Below the pieces are notes generated by a model. The model saw nothing but the letters and a program-made list of their open reading frames with translations. It was not told the origin of the DNA and ran no database searches. From the NCBI GenBank assembly GCA_041395745.1, contig JAWKZV010000001.1, positions 305,127 through 369,126 of the forward strand: DNA of 64,000 nt. Direction: 5' to 3'. Below, piece after piece: positions 21,203 to 33,735 of this stretch. Each line of letters opens with the position of its first letter. The stretch's first letter is position 1. Made by a program: the position numbers and the translations under genes. This stretch comes from Porticoccaceae bacterium. Lineage in GTDB: Bacteria; Pseudomonadota; Gammaproteobacteria; Pseudomonadales; Porticoccaceae.

Positions 21203-22498
21203 ATGCTGACACTGATTGTTCCGATCTGCGCCTTGTTAACGGGTATCGGCCTGCTGTTGCTGGGTACCGGCCTGCTCAATACCCTGCTGGCATTGCGCGG
21301 GGGGATGGAGGGCTACACCGACAGCGTGATGGGCATCATCATGTCCGGCTATTTCATCGGCTTTATCGTCGGCACCTTCCTGGCACTGCCGCTGATCAAG
21401 CGCATTGGCCATATCAGGGCTTTTGCCTTCTGCGCCGCGTTCACATCCTGTTTTGCTCTGTTGCACGTGGTCTATATCAATCCCGTCAGCTGGTTTCTGC
21501 TGCGGGTGGCGACGGGAACCACCCTGGTCATTCTCTATACCGTGATCGAGAGCTGGCTCAACGGCCAGACCGCCTCCAGCCAGCGGGGTAAGGTGTTTGC
21601 GGTCTACATGATCGTCAACCTGGTGGCTCTGGCGGCCACCCAGCAGTTCCTGCGCCTGGCGGGAGCGGATTCGTTCCTGCTGTTTGCCCTGGCGGCTATT
21701 TTTATCAGTACCAGCGTCGCTTCGGTCACCTGGACCCGCATGGTCCAGCCGGAAGTCAATGATGTCACGCGCATGAAACTGGCGGCCATCTGGAAGGTGG
21801 CGCCTGTCGCCGTGGCCGGCGCGCTGTTTTCCGGCCTGGCCATGGGCGCGTTCTGGGGGCTCGGCGCCGTGTTCGCCAGCCGGGTAGGGCTGGATGCCAC
21901 CGGCGTCGCCACCTTCATGAGCTTGGCCATTCTCGGCGGTGCTGTTTTCCAGTATCCATTGGGGCGCTATTCCGACAGCCAGGACCGGCGCCGGGTTTTA
22001 CTGCAAGTGAGCGCCGCCGGGGCGCTCGGTGCGCTGCTGCTGGCGGCGCTCTCGTTTGCCGGGGGATGGCTGTTGCTGGCTGGCGTCATTTACGGGGGGC
22101 TGGCGTTCGCCATCTACCCGGTGGCGGTGGCCCATCTGGTGGATCATCTCGAACCCGCTCAGATCCTGCCTGGCGGCAGCACCCTGTTGTTGCTGCACGG
22201 CGCCGCTGCGGCAGTCGGCCCGGCGCTGGCGGGTGTTCTGATGGAGCTGATCGGCCCCCAGGCACTGCCGCTCTATTTCCTGTTGATGCAGATGGGGCTG
22301 GCCCTGTTCACCGCCCGTAAACTGACAGTAAAAGTGGTCGACGAGGCGGAAAACCCCTCCCATTTCGTGGCCATGGTGCGGACCACGCCGACGGCCTTGG
22401 AAATGCACCCGGAAGAACCTATAGAGGAAGAAAAGCTGTTGCAAGAGGAAGAAAGGCTGTCTCAAGAGGAAGAAGGGCTGTCGCAGCCAGACTCTTAA
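21203..22498 (+). CDS. MFS transporter, YcaD-like
   Basis: 12 TM pattern, RIGHIRAF, VIESWLN, QRGKVFAVY, PLGRYSDSQDRRRV. Confidence 0.88.
   Translation: MLTLIVPICALLTGIGLLLLGTGLLNTLLALRGGMEGYTDSVMGIIMSGYFIGFIVGTFLALPLIKRIGHIRAFAFCAAFTSCFALLHVVYINPVSWFLLRVATGTTLVILYTVIESWLNGQTASSQRGKVFAVYMIVNLVALAATQQFLRLAGADSFLLFALAAIFISTSVASVTWTRMVQPEVNDVTRMKLAAIWKVAPVAVAGALFSGLAMGAFWGLGAVFASRVGLDATGVATFMSLAILGGAVFQYPLGRYSDSQDRRRVLLQVSAAGALGALLLAALSFAGGWLLLAGVIYGGLAFAIYPVAVAHLVDHLEPAQILPGGSTLLLLHGAAAAVGPALAGVLMELIGPQALPLYFLLMQMGLALFTARKLTVKVVDEAENPSHFVAMVRTTPTALEMHPEEPIEEEKLLQEEERLSQEEEGLSQPDS
22424..22486 (+). repeat. 3 x 21-bp tandem repeat in the MFS C-terminal tail
   Basis: GAGGAAGAAAAGCTGTTGCAA / GAGGAAGAAAGGCTGTCTCAA / GAGGAAGAAGGGCTGTCGCAG, encoding EEEKLLQ EEERLSQ EEEGLSQ. 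Confidence 0.9.
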
Positions 22499-22616
22499 GA
22501 TGTGCCGCTAAGGTGTGCTTTTAATGTATACATCTGCCCAAGGGGCGTCTCTGTCGGCTTGCCGATTCCTTGCGGGCCAAGTTGGAGAAACCGGTTATAA
22601 CCGATAGGACAAAGCC

Positions 22617-22952
22617 CTAGTTGCGGGTATTTTCCGTGGCTTCCAGCACTTGTCCGGTAAACGCAATTTTTATCGATAAGGATTGTTTTGTCTCACTATT
22701 GGTTACATGTAGTACATAGAATTCTTTCCCTACAGTTACCACTTTAATGTCACTGGGCTGGACGGACTTCCAGCTGGCATCCAGTTTTCCCGCCTGATGG
22801 CCCATATCTTTAAACGTCATCTGTTGAACGGTTTTAGCGGCAACCTGTTTGGCCCAAGTTTCACTGATGGTCCCGTGGTCGCCGTGTGCCAACGCGAGGC
22901 CGGCAGGGGTGAACAGGCTGAGCAAAAGTAGTGTACGCAGAAACAGTTTCAC
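22617..22952 (-). CDS. Small secreted protein, DUF6488-like, mature N-terminus HGDHG
   Basis: GGAG RBS before GTG 22952; Sec signal ending ALA; QQMTFKDMG...GKLDASWKS resembles DUF6488 proteins (recalled, not searched). Confidence 0.7.
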   Translation of the reverse strand: MKLFLRTLLLLSLFTPAGLALAHGDHGTISETWAKQVAAKTVQQMTFKDMGHQAGKLDASWKSVQPSDIKVVTVGKEFYVLHVTNSETKQSLSIKIAFTGQVLEATENTRN

Positions 22953-22970
22953 GGTGATCTCCGGCAAGGC

Positions 22971-23498
22971 TCAGGGTTTTAGCCCGATAATCTGGTAGCG
23001 GCCATTAATAATGAGCTGAATGGCGACAGGCTGGTCACCGGGATTGTTCCAGTACCAGCCATGGGAGCCGTTGAAAGGGGCGGTAAAACTGCCTTTCATG
23101 GCGCCCAGAGTAGCAATGGCATAGCTTTCAAAGTAACCGCTGGTATCGCCCTCGGGCTCGCCGTGAAGATCGAAGTACAGAGGTGCTCCGTCGGTTATCC
23201 ATTCATAGGTCAGCTTGTCATAGCGGTTCATTTGCAATTTGTATTCGATACCCTTGTGGGCGGGTACGGTGATCTCAATGACTTGTTGCGAAGTCATCTC
23301 GTCAGGCATGGGTTGAGGGGCCAGCGGCGCTGCTTCCGCAGCTTCGGCCAACAGGGTCAGGCCGAGTTTCTGTCCGACCCCGGTAGGGTCGATATTGTAT
23401 TCCGCAGGCAGAATAAACAGGACTAGAGCGATCGCGGCCAGCACGATGGCCGCCAGTGATGCCTTGATCAGGGTGGTCAGACTTACGTGGTGTTCCAT
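22971..23498 (-). CDS. Conserved hypothetical membrane-anchored protein
   Basis: One N-terminal TM (...FILPAEYNIDPTGVG), beta-rich C-domain with FDLHGEP and HGWYW; co-oriented and tightly packed in the efflux unit. ATG 23498 or GTG 23510. Confidence 0.75.
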   Translation of the reverse strand: MEHHVSLTTLIKASLAAIVLAAIALVLFILPAEYNIDPTGVGQKLGLTLLAEAAEAAPLAPQPMPDEMTSQQVIEITVPAHKGIEYKLQMNRYDKLTYEWITDGAPLYFDLHGEPEGDTSGYFESYAIATLGAMKGSFTAPFNGSHGWYWNNPGDQPVAIQLIINGRYQIIGLKP

Positions 23499-23515
23499 GT
23501 TGTCTCTCACTGTGA

Positions 23516-28582
<5,067 letters not shown>

Positions 28583-28610
28583 AGTGATATCTCTCACGGT
28601 AGCGGCGTCC

Positions 28611-29927
28611 TTAGAATGTCAGTGTTGTGCCGGTGAGGCGTTGCAATTCGATGTGCTGCAGGTGGATAGCCTCGAAGGCGCTCAGCAGATCCTGTTGCGC
28701 CCCCAGCTTTTTGTGGAGGATGGCCGTCCACTGCTGATAATCCAGCCTGCCGCTCTCATAGGCCCGGGTGGCCTGTGCCTGAGCGTTGTTCAGGGCGGGG
28801 ATAATTCTTTCCCGCAGGGTTTCTATCACGTGTTGGCTGTGTTTGATTTCCTGTAGCAGGACGTAAAGCTGCGTATCCAGGCGGCGCTGGAGCACCTCGG
28901 ATTCGCTGGCATACTCAGCCTGTTTGGCCCGCAGGCTTCTGACTTTTCCGACACTGCTGCGGTCTTCCCCCAGGGGGACTGAAACGCCGGCCACCATGCC
29001 AAAATCATCGCTGGCCTCAAAACGGCGAATGCCCGCCGAAAACTGCCATTGCGGCCTGGCCTCGATTCGCGCCAGTTCTATTTCCGATTCCACAATACGC
29101 TGCTGTGTGGCCAGCAGGGCCAGCGCGGGGTTTTGCCTGAGTTGTTCGAATTGCTGTTCGACGTTGCCCAGCGCCGGAACGTTAAACAGCTCGCCCAGCA
29201 GGCGAAATTCATCGCGCTCGCCGCCCCATTGTGCGCTCAGCCGGTAGCGTGTTGAGCTCAGCATGTGTTGCAGGTCTTCAGTTTCCAGTTCCCGTTGGGC
29301 CAACTCCACTTCAGCCTGGAGGCGTTCAAATTCGGGGCTGTTGCCGGCTTCGATGCGCTTCCCAATGGCGGCGACGGTGTTGCGGGCCTGTTGTGCGGCT
29401 TGCTGTGCGAGTTTTATACGCTGTTCTTCGGCCAGTGCCTGAATAAACAGCCGGGCTGTCTCGGCGGCCAGATTAAGTGCTTCGACCTGCTGCTGGATAT
29501 CGACCTGGCTAGCGGAAGCCCGAGCCGCTTGAATACGGCTGTCGATGCGGGCACCTTGTGCTACCCAACTGATGGAGAGGGTGGACTGAGCGCTGCCAAA
29601 ATCGCTGTAGTCACCGCCGCCGGCGAAATCCTCGACCATGAAACCAACACTGGGGCGCTCACCCACGCCGACCTGTTCGATCAGACCCTGGTAGGCTTCG
29701 CGCCGGTGCGGAAAAACCCCAAGCTGAGGGTGTTGTTCCAGGGTCAGTTGAACCGCTTGATCCAGCGATAACACGGCGCCCTGTTCAGGTGTGCTCTGCG
29801 CATTGACCGATGAAGCTGAGAGACATGCCCCAGCGATGACCAGCGCGGGGAGGGCAGGCAGTAGCAATTGCCTTAAAAGCCGATTGGTAATCGGTGTTTT
29901 ATGCAAAACCATATGGCGTAGGTTCAT
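28611..29927 (-). CDS. czcC: TolC-family outer membrane factor, CzcC type
   Basis: Signal peptide, LSLDQAVQLTLEQHP, helical repeats, GVSVPL, AYESGRLDY; first gene of the C-B-A order. Confidence 0.88.
   Translation of the reverse strand: MNLRHMVLHKTPITNRLLRQLLLPALPALVIAGACLSASSVNAQSTPEQGAVLSLDQAVQLTLEQHPQLGVFPHRREAYQGLIEQVGVGERPSVGFMVEDFAGGGDYSDFGSAQSTLSISWVAQGARIDSRIQAARASASQVDIQQQVEALNLAAETARLFIQALAEEQRIKLAQQAAQQARNTVAAIGKRIEAGNSPEFERLQAEVELAQRELETEDLQHMLSSTRYRLSAQWGGERDEFRLLGELFNVPALGNVEQQFEQLRQNPALALLATQQRIVESEIELARIEARPQWQFSAGIRRFEASDDFGMVAGVSVPLGEDRSSVGKVRSLRAKQAEYASESEVLQRRLDTQLYVLLQEIKHSQHVIETLRERIIPALNNAQAQATRAYESGRLDYQQWTAILHKKLGAQQDLLSAFEAIHLQHIELQRLTGTTLTF
29875..29899. promoter_or_regulatory. 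Candidate second operator (CCGAT-N5-ATCGG) in the czcC 5' end
   Basis: AAAAGCCGATTGGTAATCGGTGTTT matches the reverse complement of 31431-31455 at 20/25 positions. Confidence 0.5.
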
Positions 29928-29939
29928 TCATCAGCCCTT

Positions 29940-29984
29940 TAGTTCAGAAGGAAATAGTTCAGTAGGAAATAGTTCAGTAGAAAA
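29940..29984. repeat. 3 x 15-bp tandem repeat in the M56-czcC intergenic region
   Basis: TAGTTCAGAAGGAAA / TAGTTCAGTAGGAAA / TAGTTCAGTAGAAAA. Confidence 0.92.
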
Positions 29985-30998
29985 TTAATGGGAAAAAAAC
30001 GCTTCGATCAGGTGGTGCAGGGTATCGACCCCCACCGCTGACAGGATCGCAGTCAACGCCATGATCGACAGACAGGAAATCCAGGGGAACGTTCGAAACG
30101 CTTGCGGTGTAACCAGTGCCCTGACGCGCAGATCGACATCGTCCGCAATGAAGTAGTTCACGACCAGCGGATTCCCATGGCCCGTCTGGCTGCCCGTGAA
30201 TACGCGCTGGATTCTGGCCGCCTTGACCAGGGTTTGGGCAATATCCAGTTTGCAGTGGGAGTCGCTGACCACGGCGTCGGCCAATTGCTCGGCCGCCATC
30301 GAGAATGCACGGTTCAGACGGCGGGCCACCGGTCTCGGGTAAAGGGACGCGCACAGGGCAAACAGCAATTTTTTCCGGATGTCCCTGTGTTTGATGTGGG
30401 CCCGCTCGTGATCGAGGATGATATCCAGCTCGGTTTCGGAAACCTGCTCGATCAGCCCGGTGGTAACGTAACATTTCGGATTCGAGAGGCCGGCGGCAAA
30501 TGCCGACGGGGTTTTCGATTCAAGCACGACAATATCCCGCCCGATTTCCCAGCGCCGGGCTTTTTCCCGGGTCCGGCTTCCGCTGCTTCCCATGGAGAGA
30601 TGCGTGAGTGAATCCAGGGCATGTAAATGGCGCGCGGCGTTCAGGCCCTTGCTGGTCAGCACATAAGCGATGCCCAGCATAAACATCAACAGGGTCGCGG
30701 CGTGCCAACTTTCCAGATAAAACACATACGGATGGTGCCAGTGGGCCAGTTGGCCCAGCCAGGAGGAATTTGCCCCATGAAACAGGGAGGGCAGGAAAAC
30801 CGACACGCAGATGATGCTGACCCCCCAGGGGGCAGCGACAAACAACCACAACAGCTTTTTTTGCGTGGCGGCAGAAAACTGCGCGATATGGCGAGTCATC
30901 AACGGCCACACTGATGCCAGCAGAAGCGTGGCCAGCAGCAGACCCATGAGTGCGATACTGAGCAGGTTGAGAATAATCGCGGGTTCATTAATCAACAT
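29985..30998 (-). CDS. M56 family zinc metalloprotease (BlaR1/MecR1-like, no beta-lactam sensor domain)
   Basis: Three N-terminal TM helices, SAFAAGLSNPKCYVTTGL, HERAH (HEXXH), EQLAD, fourth TM; 337 aa with no penicillin-binding domain. Start overlaps the repressor stop. Confidence 0.9.
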   Translation of the reverse strand: MLINEPAIILNLLSIALMGLLLATLLLASVWPLMTRHIAQFSAATQKKLLWLFVAAPWGVSIICVSVFLPSLFHGANSSWLGQLAHWHHPYVFYLESWHAATLLMFMLGIAYVLTSKGLNAARHLHALDSLTHLSMGSSGSRTREKARRWEIGRDIVVLESKTPSAFAAGLSNPKCYVTTGLIEQVSETELDIILDHERAHIKHRDIRKKLLFALCASLYPRPVARRLNRAFSMAAEQLADAVVSDSHCKLDIAQTLVKAARIQRVFTGSQTGHGNPLVVNYFIADDVDLRVRALVTPQAFRTFPWISCLSIMALTAILSAVGVDTLHHLIEAFFSH

Positions 30999-31386
30999 TA
31001 TTGGCGATTTCCTGGCCGCGTAGTTGACGCTGCTGCTGAATCATTTTTTCCAGTTGAGACAGTTTTTCGTCATCCAGTCCGGCTGAGACGGAGGAGAAGG
31101 CGGCAATCAGGCTGTCTTCATCTTCGTTGATGAAATCAACAGTGACTTCCTGAATCAGTTGGGCAATCAGTTCCTCTCTGCCGATCTTGGCGCGGTAATA
31201 GTAGGCGTGTCCCTGTTTGTGACGGGTCAGTAGCTCTTTTTTGAACAGCCTGTCCAGGGTGCTCTGAATGGTATTCAGGGTGCCTCCCCGGTGTTTGGTC
31301 AGCGCCCCGTGCACCTGCTTGGCATCGGCCTCCGGCGTTTCCCACAGGTATTGCAGAACCTGCTTTTCTAATTCACCCAGCATCAT
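30988..31386 (-). CDS. BlaI/MecI/CopY family winged-helix repressor
   Basis: LGELEKQVLQYLW, NTIQSTLDRLFKKELL, RHKQGHAYYY; no CopY-type C-terminal Cys motif. Confidence 0.92.
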   Translation of the reverse strand: MMLGELEKQVLQYLWETPEADAKQVHGALTKHRGGTLNTIQSTLDRLFKKELLTRHKQGHAYYYRAKIGREELIAQLIQEVTVDFINEDEDSLIAAFSSVSAGLDDEKLSQLEKMIQQQRQLRGQEIANNVD

Positions 31387-31418
31387 ATTGCGACTTTCCC
31401 AAGTGTCATGCGGGACTT

Positions 31419-31455
31419 ATACTAGCACACAAAAACCGATGAGCAATCGGTTTTG
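31419..31455 (-). promoter_or_regulatory. Putative sigma70 promoter and overlapping operator for the blaI-like operon
   Basis: Minus strand TTGCTC-N16-TAGTAT with TG extended -10; AAAACCGAT-GAGCA-ATCGGTTTT inverted repeat (31432-31454) covers the -35 and lies between the divergent genes. Confidence 0.6.
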
Positions 31456-31472
31456 TATTTGAGGAAAAAAAT

Positions 31473-31835
31473 ATGGGTATTGGCTGGTTGGTAACGAAAT
31501 ATTTAACGACAGCATTTGTCGTGGTGGTGGTATCCGAGGTGGCAAAACGCAGCGACAGGTTGGGCGCCCTGGTGGCGGCTTTACCCCTGGTCACGATTCT
31601 GGCGCTCATTTGGCTCCATGTCGAAACCGGGTCGGCGCCGAAGGTCTCCAACCACGCATGGTATACCTTCTGGTATGTGATCCCAACGTTACCGATGTTT
31701 CTGATTTTTCCGTCACTACTGCCGCGTCTGGGATTCTGGGGCTCCCTGCTTGCCAGCGCATTAATTACCATCACCTGTTTCTGGCTGTTCGCCCTGTTGG
31801 TCAAGCAATTTGGCATTGATCTGGACGTTCTATAA
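31473..31835 (+). CDS. DUF3147-like small membrane protein
   Basis: Four TM helices, VSEVAKRSDRLGALVAALPL, HAWYTFWYVIPTLPMFL; divergent from the repressor. Confidence 0.75.
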   Translation: MGIGWLVTKYLTTAFVVVVVSEVAKRSDRLGALVAALPLVTILALIWLHVETGSAPKVSNHAWYTFWYVIPTLPMFLIFPSLLPRLGFWGSLLASALITITCFWLFALLVKQFGIDLDVL

Positions 31836-31847
31836 GCGATGATGGCA

Positions 31848-31881
31848 GTTTATCGCGACGTGAATACAGGTCGCGACAAAC
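31848..31881. other. Intergenic inverted repeat (possible terminator or binding site)
   Basis: GTTTATCGCGAC-N10-GTCGCGACAAAC, 11/12 paired. Confidence 0.45.
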
Positions 31882-31956
31882 CGAACTTGCTTTTGACGGG
31901 CCGGATCACCCGGAAGCGGCCAAGCCGCTGCCGCAGTAGTTGCTTAGGGAGAAATC

Positions 31957-32850
31957 ATGGGTGTTGTGTTGTGGATGCTGGGTGCGCTGTTATCCCTGTC
32001 GTTGATGGCAGTGGGCGCCCGTGAGCTGTCCACCGAACTCAACACGTTCCAGACCCTGTTTATTCGCAGCGTGATCGGCCTGCTGATTATCTCCGCCCTG
32101 GTCGCCCGTGTGGGAGGCCGTCCGCTGTTCGCCACCGCCCGACCGGGCATGCACATTGTCCGCAACCTGTTCCACTTTGCCGGCCAGTACGGCTGGTTCG
32201 TGGGGATCGGCCTGCTGCCCCTGGCGGAGGTGTTTGCCCTGGAATTCACCGTGCCGTTCTGGGTGGCCATCATTGCCGCACTCTGTCTGGGGGAGCGACT
32301 GACGGTCAGAAAGTTGCTGGCAATCGCGCTGGGTGTGGCCGGCGTGCTGGTCATCCTGCGCCCCGGGGTGGAAATTCTCGAAGCGGCTTCGCTGATCGTG
32401 CTGGCCGCGGCGGTGAGCTTTTCCTGCGCCTATGTGGCCACCAAGTCCCTTTCCACAACGGAAGACCCGCTGACAGTGCTGTTTTACATGTGCCTGGTGC
32501 AGATGCCGGTAAGCCTGGTGCTGGCGTTGCCCCACTGGCAGTTGCCGACCGAGCCGCTGGTGTGGCTGTGGCTGGTGATCGTCGGCGTCACCGCCTTGAC
32601 GGCGCATTTCTGCATCACCAGTGCCATGCGGAGAGCTGAGGCGGGCATTGTGGTGACGCTGGATTTCCTGCGCTTGCCGTTGATCGGCCTGGTGGGCATC
32701 GTGTTCTACCAGGAGCAGTTTGAAATAGCCTTGTTGCTGGGCGCCTTGCTGATGCTGGCGGGCAACCTGATCAACGTCTATCGGCCCGCGTATCAGCGCA
32801 GGATGTTGGCGCAAATCACGGAAATGGACAAGGACAGCAAAAACCGCTGA
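31957..32850 (+). CDS. DMT/EamA family transporter
   Basis: Ten TM helices, duplicated EamA domain, LPLAEVFALEFTVP, LCLGERLT, LDFLRLP, FYQEQ. Confidence 0.88.
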   Translation: MGVVLWMLGALLSLSLMAVGARELSTELNTFQTLFIRSVIGLLIISALVARVGGRPLFATARPGMHIVRNLFHFAGQYGWFVGIGLLPLAEVFALEFTVPFWVAIIAALCLGERLTVRKLLAIALGVAGVLVILRPGVEILEAASLIVLAAAVSFSCAYVATKSLSTTEDPLTVLFYMCLVQMPVSLVLALPHWQLPTEPLVWLWLVIVGVTALTAHFCITSAMRRAEAGIVVTLDFLRLPLIGLVGIVFYQEQFEIALLLGALLMLAGNLINVYRPAYQRRMLAQITEMDKDSKNR

Positions 32851-32887
32851 GCAAATCTCACCGGCAGGTGTCAGAGATCGTCACAAA

Positions 32888-32945
32888 GGAAAACAACGAT
32901 CATACGGAAAACAACGACCATACGGAAAACAACGACCATAGGGAG
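32888..32945 (+). repeat. 3 x 18-bp tandem repeat in the SIMPL leader, giving four ANGGA motifs
   Basis: GGAAAACAACGATCATAC / GGAAAACAACGACCATAC / GGAAAACAACGACCATAG followed by GGAG Shine-Dalgarno. Confidence 0.92.
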
Positions 32946-32951
32946 ACCTGT

Positions 32952-33671
32952 ATGTCCGCAAGAAATGGAATGAGTTCACTGATACTCGGCCTGGGGATTT
33001 TGCTGGGCCTGGGCATGCTGGGACATCAACTGGCGGACGCAGCCATCCGCTTCAAGGAGTATGAGCGCACGGTCAACGTGAAGGGCCTGTCAGAGCGGGA
33101 ATACCCCGCCGACGTGGTGATCTGGCCGATCCAGTTCGCGGTGGCCAGCAACAACCTGGAGGAACTCTACGGGGCCATCGACCAGGGCGCGGACAAAATT
33201 CGCCAGTTCCTGCTGGCCCAGGGGTTGGGCGAGGACGAAATCACCGTGGCCATAGCGGCCATTACCGACAAATCCGCCCGGGATTTCGATAACGGCGTGC
33301 GCGCCGAATTTCGCTATACCGCCCAGCAAACCGTGACAGTCTATTCCACCCAAGTGGACAAGGTGCGCGGGGTGATGGGTTCCCTTTCCGAACTGGGCAA
33401 GCAGGGCATCGCCCTGACCGGCGGCAATTACCAGGGCCAGCCCCAGTACCTGTTCACCCGCCTCAACGACGTGAAGCCGGACATGATTGAGGAAGCGACC
33501 CGCAAGGCCCGGGAAGTGGCGGAAAAATTTGCCGAGGATTCCCAGAGCCGGCTGGGCAAGATCAAGCGCGCCTCCCAGGGCCAGTTCAGCATCAGCCCGC
33601 GGGATACCAACAATCCCCATCTCATGAATGTCCGGGTGGTGTCCACCGTGGAGTATTACCTAGCGGATTAA
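32952..33671 (+). CDS. SIMPL (DUF541) domain periplasmic protein
   Basis: N-terminal anchor, RTVNVKGLSEREYPAD, KPDMIEEATRKAREVAEKFAEDS...LGKIKRASQGQFSI, VRVVSTVEYYL. ATG 32952 has a GGAG RBS and is preferred over 32868. Confidence 0.9.
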   Translation: MSARNGMSSLILGLGILLGLGMLGHQLADAAIRFKEYERTVNVKGLSEREYPADVVIWPIQFAVASNNLEELYGAIDQGADKIRQFLLAQGLGEDEITVAIAAITDKSARDFDNGVRAEFRYTAQQTVTVYSTQVDKVRGVMGSLSELGKQGIALTGGNYQGQPQYLFTRLNDVKPDMIEEATRKAREVAEKFAEDSQSRLGKIKRASQGQFSISPRDTNNPHLMNVRVVSTVEYYLAD

Positions 33672-33727
33672 GTTTGGCAGATTAAGTCTGACCGACTGAC
33701 TGGTGGCTTAAGTCTGGCGGACTGAAC
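33660..33727. repeat. Degenerate ~14-bp tandem array starting at the SIMPL 3' end
   Basis: CTAGCGGATTAAGT / TTGGCAGATTAAGT / CTGACCGACTGACT / GGTGGCTTAAGT / CTGGCGGACTGAAC. Confidence 0.55.
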
Positions 33728-33735
33728 CGCTGGAA

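Noticed and set aside
30988-31386. Calling the repressor CopY (direct copper sensor)
   Set aside because: The protein has no Cys, so no C-terminal CxC metal motif; pairing with an M56 protease fits BlaI/MecI logic.
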